Assembly (NCBI GenBank): GCA_963729445.1
Contig: CAVSNU010000005.1
Location: 769,615 to 833,614 of the forward strand
Reading direction: 5' to 3'
Source: an uncultured Chloroflexia bacterium
GTDB lineage: Bacteria > Chloroflexota > Chloroflexia > Thermomicrobiales > CFX8
Length of the DNA stretch: 64,000 bases
The notes below the pieces were generated by a model. The model was not told where the DNA came from. It did not search any database and saw only the letters and a program-made list of their open reading frames with translations. A program made the position numbers and the translations under genes. Position 1 is the first letter of the stretch, and each line of letters opens with the position of its first letter. Shown here in pieces: positions 9,528 to 19,530 of the stretch.

Positions 9528-10115
9528 ATGACCGGCACGATCGACGAGCTGTATTTTGGCGGAACCCTGGTGCGATTCATCCACGGGAAGCCAATGGAAC
9601 ACCTGAGTACTGGCCTCTATGTCGGCGCGAATGGACAGGGTGTCATGGCGGCCGGCCTGCCGGCGGAGATTCGCCGAGCTGCCGGGGCCGAGGTGGAGCG
9701 CGAGCTGCGCGGCCACGGTGAGCTGAGGGTGGGCCGCTCGTATCTGACCGGGAGCGGTCAGCTCGCGGCGCGTGGCGTCTCGGCCATCGCCCACGGGGTG
9801 GTGGTGGCCTCTCCGGGAGAGAGTGCTACGCTGGATCGCTCGATCAGCGCACTGCTGGACGGCCTGCGATTGTTGGAAGATGCGGGCTGTCGCGCGGTAA
9901 CGGTGCCTCAGATCGGGTGGCGGGTCGCGTCCCTCGACCCAACCGTTGCGGCGGCGGAGCTCGGACGCGTCGTGATCACGCATCTCCGCAGGAACTCGCG
10001 ACTGGAATCGATTTCGATTGTCAGTATGCAACGTGACTATCTGAATGCGGCTGTCGTGTCCTGTAAGCGCTATATCCTGCTCGACCGCCAGAGCGGGGAT
10101 AAAGGTGTCTCCTGA
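9528..10115 (+). CDS. Macro-domain-like protein (divergent)
   Basis: ..GANGQGVMAAGLPAEIRRAAGAEVEREL..VGRSYLTGSGQLAARGVSAIAHGVV..LLEDAGCRAVTVPQIGWRV.. follows the macro-domain motif order. The call is weak. Confidence 0.45.
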   Translation: MTGTIDELYFGGTLVRFIHGKPMEHLSTGLYVGANGQGVMAAGLPAEIRRAAGAEVERELRGHGELRVGRSYLTGSGQLAARGVSAIAHGVVVASPGESATLDRSISALLDGLRLLEDAGCRAVTVPQIGWRVASLDPTVAAAELGRVVITHLRRNSRLESISIVSMQRDYLNAAVVSCKRYILLDRQSGDKGVS

Positions 10116-10214
10116 GATTCGCGACGAGTACATCGCCGTCGGTTGTGGATTGGCGCTGGCGCTGGTCGTGGCGAGTGGGCTCTTACTCTACCTGTGGTTC
10201 TGGTAACGGTGGCA

Positions 10215-11051
10215 TCATCGTGCCGCCGACCACACCGTGGCATCACTGTCGGCAACGATCTCACCGTCGCGGAGCTCGATCAGGCGGTCGGCAATGTCGA
10301 GCAGCAGGGGATCGTGCGTCGCAACGATGGCGGTGACACCCTCACTGCGGACCAGCGCGCGGATGAGGTCCATGATCGTGCGCCCCGTGCGGGAGTCGAG
10401 TTGGCCGGTGGGTTCGTCGGCCAGCAGTAGCTGCGGCCCGTTGGCGAGGGCGCGCGCGATCGCGACGCGTTGTTGCTCGCCGCCTGAGAGCTCGTGCGGG
10501 CGATGATTTGCGCGTTCGCCGAGTCCGACCATCTCCAGCAGAACCCGGACCCGCTCGTCGCGCACGGCGACTGGCGCCGCCACCATCCGGAGAGGAATCT
10601 CCACATTCTCGGCGGCACTGAGAATCGGGATTAACCCGAATGCCTGGAAGATGAAGCCAATCTGTTTGCGCCGCAGCTCAACCAGATTCTGCTCCTGCAT
10701 GGCCGTCACTTCAGCTCCATTGACCCAGACCCGGCCGGCCGTCGGTTGGTCCAACCCGCCAATCAGGTTGAGCAGGCTCGTCTTGCCACTTCCAGAGCGA
10801 CCCTGGATGGCCACCAGCTGCCCGCGCGGGATGCGCACGTCGATACCGCGTAACGCGTGGACCACACTGACCCCAACGGGATAGTCGCGAGTGACGCCTT
10901 GCGTCTCGACGATGGGCACGCCGACGCGCACCTCGCGCTCAGCGGGACGGGTCCAGGTCCGAACCGCTGGCTCGGCGTCGGTCGGCGAGGCAAAGGTGTC
11001 GCGTTGGCCGCGCTGGCTGGGCGGACGCCAGCGATCGATGTCGTCACTCAT
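10215..11051 (-). CDS. ABC transporter ATP-binding protein (MacB/LolD-type) with a ~45-aa N-terminal extension
   Basis: Walker A GRSGSGKTS, signature LSGGEQQRVAIARAL, Walker B LLLADEPTGQLD. Overlaps the upstream gene by 4 nt. Confidence 0.9.
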   Translation of the reverse strand: MSDDIDRWRPPSQRGQRDTFASPTDAEPAVRTWTRPAEREVRVGVPIVETQGVTRDYPVGVSVVHALRGIDVRIPRGQLVAIQGRSGSGKTSLLNLIGGLDQPTAGRVWVNGAEVTAMQEQNLVELRRKQIGFIFQAFGLIPILSAAENVEIPLRMVAAPVAVRDERVRVLLEMVGLGERANHRPHELSGGEQQRVAIARALANGPQLLLADEPTGQLDSRTGRTIMDLIRALVRSEGVTAIVATHDPLLLDIADRLIELRDGEIVADSDATVWSAAR

Positions 11052-12025
11052 CGGTCTGACACCCCCTTGTCGCGTTCGCTGCCCGCACCCTGGTTGTGGT
11101 CGGGCCAGACACCGACATGATCCTCTTCGAGCGCGAGCCGGACGCGGCGTTCAAGCCTGAGTGCCTCGACATAATCGGTGGGCAGCTGGAGCCTCCCTGC
11201 CCGGTCGAGCACCGCGAACTCTTCCGCGATGATCTCGTGGTGGCCCTCATCGCTCATACCAGCCCGGCGCAGCGTCTCGCTGCTGGTGCGCCCGTCGCGA
11301 ATGGCGACGGTGCGGTTGACGCGCTCCGACACGAGCGGGTCGTGGGTCACGACAATGACGGTGACGCCCTGTTGCTCGCTGACGCTCCGCAGCACGCTGA
11401 AGATCTCGTTGGAGGTGGTGGTGTCCAGCTCGCCGGTCGGCTCGTCTGCCAGGAGCACCCGGGGCGCGTTAGCCAGCGCCACGGCGATAGCGACCCGTTG
11501 CTGCTCGCCGCCCGAGAGCTGGCTCGGCCGGTGACGGGCCCGCTCTCCCAAGCCCACCAGCTCCAGCAGCTCGCGGGCCCGCTCCTTGCGCAGCTTGCGC
11601 GGGGTGCCCTCGAAGATCATCGGCATCTCCACGTTCTCCATGGCGTTGAGGTAGGGCAGGAGGTTGCGGGCCGTCTGCTGCCAGACGAACCCGATCATCT
11701 GGCGCCGGTAGAGGGTGCGCTCGCGCGCGTTCATGTTGAGCAGATCGTTGCCGCCGACCATGGCTTTCCCCGCCGAGGGCACGTCCAGGCCACCCAGAAT
11801 GTTCAGCAGCGTCGATTTGCCACTGCCGGAAGCGCCGACGATGGCGAGGAACTCGCCCTGGTCCACCAGCAGGTCGAGGCCTTGCAGCGCGACGACCTCG
11901 AGGTTCGCGACCTTGTAGATCTTGACCAGATTGTCGCAGACGATCGCCGCGCCGGCACCGTAGACCGGGCGCTGGGCGCTCTCCGCTCGCTCTCTCATGG
12001 TGGAGAAATCCATGGTGTCGGTCAT
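11048..12025 (-). CDS. ABC transporter ATP-binding protein (MacB/LolD-type) with a ~95-aa C-terminal extension
   Basis: GASGSGKST, LSGGEQQRVAIAVAL, VLLADEPTGELD. Start taken at MTDTMDF (ATG 12025) with GGGGA upstream. The ORF extends to 12148. Confidence 0.85.
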   Translation of the reverse strand: MTDTMDFSTMRERAESAQRPVYGAGAAIVCDNLVKIYKVANLEVVALQGLDLLVDQGEFLAIVGASGSGKSTLLNILGGLDVPSAGKAMVGGNDLLNMNARERTLYRRQMIGFVWQQTARNLLPYLNAMENVEMPMIFEGTPRKLRKERARELLELVGLGERARHRPSQLSGGEQQRVAIAVALANAPRVLLADEPTGELDTTTSNEIFSVLRSVSEQQGVTVIVVTHDPLVSERVNRTVAIRDGRTSSETLRRAGMSDEGHHEIIAEEFAVLDRAGRLQLPTDYVEALRLERRVRLALEEDHVGVWPDHNQGAGSERDKGVSDR

Positions 12026-12296
12026 GCATCCCCGATTCTGGTCAAAGGTCCCAGTCAGCATCCGGTGAAATGAGCGGCGCCAGATCTCCGTCGGGCTCAA
12101 CCAACCTGGTGATACCAATGCCGAAAGCCAGACCAATGGCACTGGCAATCACGATCAATGGTGGCTATTCGCCTGCAGCTAGGCGGACTGTCTGCCGTGA
12201 TGATAGACCGAGTGTTCGCAGATAGCCAGCGTCTCGCCCCCGCGTGCCCGAGTAGTCTGGACTTCACACTGCCTTCCTTTCGCTAGAGGGTTGCAA

Positions 12297-15173
12297 TCAC
12301 CGGTCGCCGGCACGCAGAACTTCTCCGAGATTGACCCGGCGCGCGATCAGGCTGAAGGCGATGATGGCGAGGGTGACCGTGCCAGTGACGATGGCTGCGA
12401 CGAGGATGATCGCCGGCCAGGAGACGATCAGTGCGGCCGGCAGGTCAGGTCCGGTGAAGACGTTGAGATCAATACCTGGCTCGATAATTCTGACGATTCC
12501 GACCCCCAGCAGCGTGCCGACGACCCCGGCGACCAGCACGGGCGGAAGCTGCTCGACGGTCGTCAGTCCAAGCGCCTGATTGGTCGAGAGGCCGAGGGTG
12601 CGCAGATAGGCGAGGTCACGAGATCGGGATCGTGCGGTGAGTGCTAACGCAACAACAGCGGCGAGTGCGGCGCAGACGGTCGCCAGGACGACACTCAAGC
12701 GGAATCCGAGGCTTACCCCGGATATCAGGGGAACATCGCGCACGCTGGCGTACAGCGCCTCCCGGGAGGAGAGGCGGGCCGAGCTGGACTGCGTATCCAG
12801 GGTTGCGTCCAGGCGTTCTTCGATTCCCGGTTCACCGCTGACGAAGAGCACGTTGGGGCGCAGCGTGAGGGTGCGGCTGAACTGGGCGATACTGTCGTGC
12901 GAGGCGACGATGAAGGGTTGGTCGATCGGGATGCCGGCAAAGCGATCGCGAACGTCGCGCACAATGAAGGTAATGTCCTGGGAGCGCATGCTGAGCACGA
13001 AGGTCTGGCCGGGCTCCGGAGCCTGGCGGGCCGGCCAGTTGCGGGAGATTATCGCGGGAATCGGATTGGCCGGCTGGCCGATGTCGGTGACGATCTGGTC
13101 GCCGAGCATCGCTTCTGGAAAGTGTGGGTCGGCCGGCGTGCCACCAGCGACGAGCTGGTACGCGTCGGTGTCGATCGCCAGCAGGCGTGCGTTGCCGCTG
13201 CCGCGTGTTCCCTCAGCGGCGAGCTGGTTTGCGGTGGTGATGTGACCGGCAGCGATCGCGTTGACACCGTCCACGCCTGAGAGGTCGATCGCGGATGAGA
13301 GGGTCGCCAGGCTCGATAGTGGATCGACCCGGTAATCTGCGCCGGTTGCCTGCCACGACGACGCGACCTGACCCTCATCGATCGAGCGTTGCACGACGGA
13401 TGAGAACACGGCCAGGGCGACGGCAAGCAGGATCACGAGCAGCGGCAACCGGGCCGCGGTCGCCTGTTGAGAGACCCGGCGCAGGCCGACGAAGAGCACC
13501 AGGTCCCGTCGGAGGGAGCTGAGCCACGCCAGGAACCGGATCGGGATCGGGTAGAGTCTCAACGCCGCGAGACCAGTCGCAAGGCCAAGCAGCACCGGGA
13601 CGGCAGCAAGATAGGGATCGAAGCCCGAGCCGTCACCAGTCACGCCTTCCGGGCTGAGCCCGCGCCGGCGCAGCAGGATAACTCCGGCGACAGCCAGCAC
13701 CACGATCGTGAGCTCGATGACGATTCTGCGGGTAGACGCGCGCCTCTGCGCGCGCGTATGGTCTTCCAGGTCGCGCAGGGGCATGCGGAAGTAGGGTAGG
13801 GCGGTGGCGATCAGGATGAGCGCGGCGACGACGACCATCGCGAGCGTTGTGGCGAGGGAGAGGGGATGGGGCCTGGCATCAACGAGCAACAGTGCAGCGA
13901 CATATCCCAGCAGTGCTGCCGGGCTGGCCAGGAGTACCCCTTCAACCGCCTGGGACACGGTGAGCTGCCGGCTAGAAGCGCCCCGGCCACGATGTAGGGC
14001 GATGCTGGGCCGGCGCCGGTCCACGATCAGGGCCGAGAGCAGGCCGACAACGGCGAACGTGACGGCCAGCAAGCCAATGGCCGCCAGAGCCAGCACGGCG
14101 ATGGCCTGGTGTTGGCGCGCTTCGAAGCGATTGAACAGTCCCGACAGCCCCGTGCGCAGGTAGAACGTGTCGGGCGGTGACGTTCCTCCGGCGCCGGCGT
14201 AGGTGAACTCCGCGTTGAGGACGTCGGTTGAGAGCTGGTCCAGCAGGCCGGTATCAAACGCCTGGGAGTCGACATAATACCGGTAGTTGTAGTTCCAATT
14301 GGCTGTTGGATTGAGGTCGAGCAGCCTCCCATAGTCCTCCGGCGCGATGAGCGACGTTGCGTAGTAGATCAGGGTGTCGGGCGTCTCCACCTCGTCGGCC
14401 CGTTGCAAGCGGGAATCCTGGAACCAGTAGGGCGCGTCGGGCTGCAGCGGCTCGAAGATGCCTGAAACCTCGAGAACGATAGCGTAGTTCAGCGCGCTGA
14501 AATCACGGCTGCGGTGCTGTGGGTCGGAGCTGTCCGGCTCCAGAATGAGCTGTTCACCCACGACCAGCTCGAGCTGGCGTGCGGTCTCAGTCGAGATCGC
14601 AACCTCGAAGATCTCCAGCTGCCCGGCGGCAGGCGGGCAGTTGCCGGCACAGGGTGCTGGAATCGGCTCGCGTGGCGCGGGTAGATCGCCCGTCAGCATG
14701 CGGACGTTCTCATTGATCTCGCTCTGGTAGCGGAAGCGCATGAAGCGCTCGAACGGGAACGGCATGGTCCCGGGAACGTCACTGACGGCGTATCGCGGCG
14801 AGTCGACGACCCAGTTTGAGCTCTCGACGACGCGCTGGATCGAATCCGGCAGCCCGGTCAGGAAATCCTGACCGTTTTGTTCCACGTTGCTGAAGACCGC
14901 GTCGCCTCCTGGCGGTAGCTGGCTGAGGTACTGGGCGTTAAGGTTGCGCTGGAATGTGTTGGCGTGCTCGATGTCGTAGACGAGGCCATCGTCCGACATC
15001 TGGTTATAGAGCCGGGGCAGGGCGGCCAGTACCAGGCTGGCGGTAAAGATCACCAGGATGATAGTCGAGAGCAGCGTGACCTCGCCGCGTAACCGGCGCA
15101 GGATGTTCAGCACGACCGCCGGTGTGGCGGTCACCCCGGCGCTCTGCTTGGGTGTGGAAACCTGTCCGGCCAT
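12297..15173 (-). CDS. Large FtsX-domain ABC permease (YbbP-like, 958 aa)
   Basis: TM clusters at the N-terminus, middle and C-terminus, with large extracytoplasmic domains between them. C-terminal FtsX-like segment ..RSRDLAYLRTLGLS.. Confidence 0.8.
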   Translation of the reverse strand: MAGQVSTPKQSAGVTATPAVVLNILRRLRGEVTLLSTIILVIFTASLVLAALPRLYNQMSDDGLVYDIEHANTFQRNLNAQYLSQLPPGGDAVFSNVEQNGQDFLTGLPDSIQRVVESSNWVVDSPRYAVSDVPGTMPFPFERFMRFRYQSEINENVRMLTGDLPAPREPIPAPCAGNCPPAAGQLEIFEVAISTETARQLELVVGEQLILEPDSSDPQHRSRDFSALNYAIVLEVSGIFEPLQPDAPYWFQDSRLQRADEVETPDTLIYYATSLIAPEDYGRLLDLNPTANWNYNYRYYVDSQAFDTGLLDQLSTDVLNAEFTYAGAGGTSPPDTFYLRTGLSGLFNRFEARQHQAIAVLALAAIGLLAVTFAVVGLLSALIVDRRRPSIALHRGRGASSRQLTVSQAVEGVLLASPAALLGYVAALLLVDARPHPLSLATTLAMVVVAALILIATALPYFRMPLRDLEDHTRAQRRASTRRIVIELTIVVLAVAGVILLRRRGLSPEGVTGDGSGFDPYLAAVPVLLGLATGLAALRLYPIPIRFLAWLSSLRRDLVLFVGLRRVSQQATAARLPLLVILLAVALAVFSSVVQRSIDEGQVASSWQATGADYRVDPLSSLATLSSAIDLSGVDGVNAIAAGHITTANQLAAEGTRGSGNARLLAIDTDAYQLVAGGTPADPHFPEAMLGDQIVTDIGQPANPIPAIISRNWPARQAPEPGQTFVLSMRSQDITFIVRDVRDRFAGIPIDQPFIVASHDSIAQFSRTLTLRPNVLFVSGEPGIEERLDATLDTQSSSARLSSREALYASVRDVPLISGVSLGFRLSVVLATVCAALAAVVALALTARSRSRDLAYLRTLGLSTNQALGLTTVEQLPPVLVAGVVGTLLGVGIVRIIEPGIDLNVFTGPDLPAALIVSWPAIILVAAIVTGTVTLAIIAFSLIARRVNLGEVLRAGDR

Positions 15174-18100
15174 CTAATTATCCTCGCCGAGCCGCAGCAA
15201 TGTGCCGAGGCCACCTCGGCGGAGCACCAGCGCAAGGACGCCGACGACGAGCAGCAACACCGCGACGACGCCCAGCTCCAAGAGCACAATCGTCAGCCAG
15301 GGCACCACCACGATCACGCCCGGCACAACCTGGGTCGCCTGTTGCGTCACCGCGATAAGTGGAAGTACCAGCCAGGCGAGCGCAATTCCAAGGAGGGTGC
15401 CACCAATCAGGCTGATCGCAAGTAACACGCCGTGTTCCAGTGCCATCCAGCGCACCAGCTGGCGCGGAGAGAGTCCGAGGGCGCGCAGCAGGGCAAACTC
15501 GGTCACTCGCTCTCTGGCCGAGACGACGGCGCTCACGATGAAGCCGATCGCGGCAAAAACGGCGGCGGCGACGAAACCGAGCGAGAGCGAGCCGATGTTC
15601 CCCAGGGCGACGGGATCGGAGAGCAGACTCTGGGCGCGTTCCGAACGGCTGTCAACGCTACGGCTGACGAATGGGTCCTGACGCAATGCCTCTGAAACAG
15701 GTTCGATGGCGGCTGAATCAACCTTGAGCCAGAGCTCATCGGGTCCAAGAGTCGCCTTGCCGGGTTCGAAACGGTGCATGGCAACTGTTGCCAGGTCGGC
15801 GATCACGATTCCGTCTGCATCCGCCGCGACGGTCGGGAATCCTCGAATCACCCCGGCGATGGTGACGTTGCCGCGGAGATCTCCCACCTGTAGCTCGGTG
15901 GTGTCGCCCAGCGATGACGCTGTCGATTCGAGAAAGGACTCGCTCACCAGCACCGGGATCGTCTCAGGCAGGGTGGTCCCGGCGGGCCTCAGATAGTACG
16001 TGACGGGGACAACCTGATTGCCGCGCGCTGTGCCGGAACGCACCGCAATGACGAGGCCGCCCTCGGCGGTTGCCTCGGTGACCTCAAAGAGGGGTGCTGT
16101 CTGTACCCGTGCGATTGCGGCACCTGCTGCTTCCCAGATGTCCGGGTCATTGGGGAGGTCAACGTCCGTCCAACCCTCGGAACCAGCGCTATCGCTGACC
16201 TGCAGGGACCGGACTTCGAGCGTGGCCGTTCGTTCGACCACGAGTGGCGCAATGGTCCGCAGCTCAATGTCGACCAGGGCGAGCGGATACGAAGGCCGGG
16301 CCACGGCGCCGTCGGTCAATGGGTAGCTGAGGGGAGTTGCGATCGTGACATCGTCGCCTGAGCTCTCAATGGTGCCGAGATCGACGCGGAAGAGCATGCC
16401 GTTGACATCCTGGAGAACGACCGTAACCGCGGGACTCAACTGGATGCGCCGATCATTCGGCGTAATGTCGTCCGGCAACGCCTGATCCGGTGCCAACGCA
16501 TCCACCTGGAGACGCAGGTTGAGCGCGATCTGCTGGGGTTCGCCGGGGAGCGGCAGCGTCGCGAGCGCAGGGCGTCCAGCCACCAGGCGTGACATCAGCT
16601 CGCTGAACGGCTCATCGGCGAGATCGGGTCGAAACTCAACGAGATCAGCGGCGTTGCCGGCGTCGAGCAGGACGGCCCTCGCGTCCCCGGCCGAACGCGA
16701 GAGCTGCCCCGTCTCGCGAGACACGGGGATGGACTGGCTCACGCCGTCTAGCTGGCTGTAGCTGTCTGGCAGGTTCTGGCGCGGAATCGAGCGGTTCACG
16801 CGCTGGTTGGGAGTGACGCGGATATCGGCGCCGATCTGATAGTCAGCCTGGTCGTCCTGCGAGAGCTTCCAGGTTTCGGAGTAGGAGACGGCGAAGAACC
16901 CGATACTGATGGCGAGGATGAGGAGCAGCGCGGAGCGCGCGTAACGCATCGGCCGGCGCGCGATTTGCCACGCCCCCAGCGCGGGCACGATGCGGCTGCC
17001 GCCGCTCGCCACTGTTTCCGAGAGGCGCGCCAGCAGCGGGATCGTTCGCAGCGCGATCACCGCGCCGGCCAATAGCCCGATCGCCGGGGCCGAGACGAGC
17101 AGGGGATCAATCCCCAGGCGACCCTCGACCGTCTGGGTGATCGGCGCGCTGTAGCGACGGAGCTGCCAGTAGGCGATAGCGGCCAGGAGGAGCAGCACCA
17201 GATCGATGCCGGCGCGCTGCGAGAAGGCTTGCGGTCCCTGTCGCCCGCGAGCGGCACGCGCCCGGTTCAAGGAGCGCGCCGAGATGAGCGCTGGAAGGGT
17301 CAACGCGACCACGCAGGCCAGCCCGGTAAAGAGCGCCAGCAGGTACGCCGTGGAGCTGATGTGCGGCTCGATGGTCAGGTTGATATCGGCGAGCGGACCG
17401 AAGCGATTCAGTAATCGCAGCGCCAGCGCGGCCAGCGGGGGGCCTAGTAGCACGGCCGGTAGCGCGATCAAGAGCCCTTCCATCATCGCCATCGTGGCGA
17501 TCTGGCGGTTGTTCGCGCCGCGGGAGCGAATCAGGGCGGTCTCGACGGCGCGTTGATCGACCAGCAACCCGGCGGTCAGGAGCAGCGCGTAGCCGGCTAG
17601 CAGGGCGAGCTGGATAGTGAGGACCAGGACACCGGAACGGGTAACCAGGAGTGAGCGCTCGGCGCGGCGCAGGATGGTGTCGAGCTCGGTGGTCACCGCG
17701 TACTGGTTGTTGACCTGGGTGTCGTGGTTGATCCGCGCGTTGAGATTCTCCACGTTGCGGCGCAGTCTCTGGATCTCACCAACCTCGAGATTTGGGAACG
17801 TTGGCAGGATGCGCCACCTGGTCTCGCCGGTTTGCGGCGTGAGGGCGTCGAAGAAGACATCACGGGTGACGACAAACGGCCCGTAGGTCGTGAACGAATC
17901 GCTGATCGTCACGCCCTCGATGTCCAATTGGTCATCGAACCAGTAGGGATCGGTCGGGTCATCGATCTGGAAGATGCCGGCGATCTGGATGGCGGGTTGG
18001 TAGCTCTCGTCGCGCCGGTTTGTCATCGTCAGCTCGTCACCGACCCCGATACGGAGCAGGTCAGCCGTGGTCCGGGAGACGACGGTCTGGTACGGCTCGC

Positions 18101-18539
18101 TGGAATCGGCCGGCCAATCCCCAGCGACAAGCGTGACTTTCTCCTCGAAGCGCTCGAAGAAGCTGAAGAGGGCCAGGTTGCGGACCTCGTCTTCGTCCGC
18201 CTGCATTGGCAGGGCGTACGATTCTGAGGTGCCGCGCCGGTAGATCGTCCCTCCGGTTGAACTGAAGTACGCCGCGGTGGTGGTCTGGACGTTCTCGTTC
18301 GCGGCGGCAAAGCGGTCGCCGTCGGTGCGGATGGACACTTCGACATTGACATCACGGACAGCGGCATCTTCAAGGGTGCGGTGGACGCCGCTGAGGGCGA
18401 CGGCGTCCGCATAGATCGGGCCGGCCGCCAGGAGCGTGGTCGCGATCAACACCGTCACGAGCGCAGCCGACAGGATCAGCCAGTCGGCCAGCGAGCGATT
18501 GACGACGATACGCCAGGCGCTGGCGAGCAGAGAGATCAT
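15174..18539 (-). CDS. Large FtsX-domain ABC permease (YbbP-like, 1121 aa)
   Basis: Same architecture as 12297..15173: ..ALIRSRGANNRQI.. and ..EFALLRALGLSPRQL.. FtsX motifs. Its stop abuts the start of the next permease. Confidence 0.8.
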   Translation of the reverse strand: MISLLASAWRIVVNRSLADWLILSAALVTVLIATTLLAAGPIYADAVALSGVHRTLEDAAVRDVNVEVSIRTDGDRFAAANENVQTTTAAYFSSTGGTIYRRGTSESYALPMQADEDEVRNLALFSFFERFEEKVTLVAGDWPADSSEPYQTVVSRTTADLLRIGVGDELTMTNRRDESYQPAIQIAGIFQIDDPTDPYWFDDQLDIEGVTISDSFTTYGPFVVTRDVFFDALTPQTGETRWRILPTFPNLEVGEIQRLRRNVENLNARINHDTQVNNQYAVTTELDTILRRAERSLLVTRSGVLVLTIQLALLAGYALLLTAGLLVDQRAVETALIRSRGANNRQIATMAMMEGLLIALPAVLLGPPLAALALRLLNRFGPLADINLTIEPHISSTAYLLALFTGLACVVALTLPALISARSLNRARAARGRQGPQAFSQRAGIDLVLLLLAAIAYWQLRRYSAPITQTVEGRLGIDPLLVSAPAIGLLAGAVIALRTIPLLARLSETVASGGSRIVPALGAWQIARRPMRYARSALLLILAISIGFFAVSYSETWKLSQDDQADYQIGADIRVTPNQRVNRSIPRQNLPDSYSQLDGVSQSIPVSRETGQLSRSAGDARAVLLDAGNAADLVEFRPDLADEPFSELMSRLVAGRPALATLPLPGEPQQIALNLRLQVDALAPDQALPDDITPNDRRIQLSPAVTVVLQDVNGMLFRVDLGTIESSGDDVTIATPLSYPLTDGAVARPSYPLALVDIELRTIAPLVVERTATLEVRSLQVSDSAGSEGWTDVDLPNDPDIWEAAGAAIARVQTAPLFEVTEATAEGGLVIAVRSGTARGNQVVPVTYYLRPAGTTLPETIPVLVSESFLESTASSLGDTTELQVGDLRGNVTIAGVIRGFPTVAADADGIVIADLATVAMHRFEPGKATLGPDELWLKVDSAAIEPVSEALRQDPFVSRSVDSRSERAQSLLSDPVALGNIGSLSLGFVAAAVFAAIGFIVSAVVSARERVTEFALLRALGLSPRQLVRWMALEHGVLLAISLIGGTLLGIALAWLVLPLIAVTQQATQVVPGVIVVVPWLTIVLLELGVVAVLLLVVGVLALVLRRGGLGTLLRLGEDN

Positions 18540-18626
18540 GGAGGTTGGTCGATTCTATTGTCCGGCACCCGGTAAGAATGTTGCTGCTGGCATGCTAGCA
18601 GAGTGCGGGCCGTAACGGAGAGCATG

Positions 18627-19508
18627 TCACCGGTTGCCGGGCCGCAGGAAGTCGGATAACCCATCGCCGATCAGGCTGAGCGAGAATCCGGTGATCACGA
18701 TCGCCAGCCCCGGTAGAACGCTGATCCACCAGGCGGTCGTCATGAACGGTTGACCCTCGGCGATCATTGCGCCCCACTCGGGCGTGGGAGGCTTTGCCCC
18801 GAGCCCCAGAAAGCTGAGCGACGCCGCCAGCAGAATGTACAGCGCGATATCGGCCATGGCGAAGACAATCGACGGCGTGATGACGTTGGGCAGCAGGTGG
18901 TGGCGCAGCACGCGCCAGTCCGTGCCGCCCATCGCTTGAGCGGCCTGGACATACTCCCGGTGTTTGGCAACCAGGATCTCGCCGCGAATCAGGCGCGCGT
19001 AGACGACCCAGGCCACGATCGCGACCGCGATAAACATGTTGTTCAAGCCCGGACCCAGGATGGACACAATGGCGATGATGAGCACGATGAACGGGAACGC
19101 TTGCACCATATCGACCGCGCGCATGATGATCGTGTCCAGCCAGCCACCGTAGTAACCGGAGAGCGCACCCAGGACGATTCCAATCACGAAGGGTGGGATG
19201 ACGGCAATGACGCCGACCCGCAGATCGATGCGGGTTCCATACAGGACGCGCGAGAAGATGTCGCGTCCAAAGATGTCCGTCCCGAAGGGGTGTCGCAGGC
19301 TCGGGCCCTGGAGGCTGGCGGCGAATTCCTGTGCGTCTGGTTCGTAGGGGGCGATGACCGGGGCAAACAGGGCGATCAGGACTAACGCGCCGAACAGCAG
19401 GCCGCCGGCCATCAGGGTGCGGTTGTTCAGGACGCGCCGCGACCAGTGACGGTGTGACTCCCGCTCCACCGCCGCTAGCCGGGCGGCCGTCGATACCCCA
19501 GCGGTCAT
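18627..19508 (-). CDS. Peptide/nickel ABC importer permease (DppC/OppC-like)
   Basis: 293 aa: ..HPFGTDIFGRDIFSRVLYG.. and the EAA-loop region ..EYVQAAQAMGG.. Confidence 0.9.
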   Translation of the reverse strand: MTAGVSTAARLAAVERESHRHWSRRVLNNRTLMAGGLLFGALVLIALFAPVIAPYEPDAQEFAASLQGPSLRHPFGTDIFGRDIFSRVLYGTRIDLRVGVIAVIPPFVIGIVLGALSGYYGGWLDTIIMRAVDMVQAFPFIVLIIAIVSILGPGLNNMFIAVAIVAWVVYARLIRGEILVAKHREYVQAAQAMGGTDWRVLRHHLLPNVITPSIVFAMADIALYILLAASLSFLGLGAKPPTPEWGAMIAEGQPFMTTAWWISVLPGLAIVITGFSLSLIGDGLSDFLRPGNR

Positions 19509-19530
19509 GTGCGTCTGCCCTCCGTTTGGT

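Noticed and set aside
11096-12073. Long ORFs antisense to well-supported genes, e.g. 11096..12073(+), 22591..23415(+), 33565..34524(+), 39555..40541(-), 41691..42674(-), 44046..44876(+), 48082..49005(+), 54299..55186(+), 55308..56237(+), 58473..59486(-)
   Set aside because: These are typical high-GC shadow ORFs. Their translations are Arg/Gly/Pro/Ala/His-rich with no motifs. In every case the opposite strand encodes a protein with clear family signatures.
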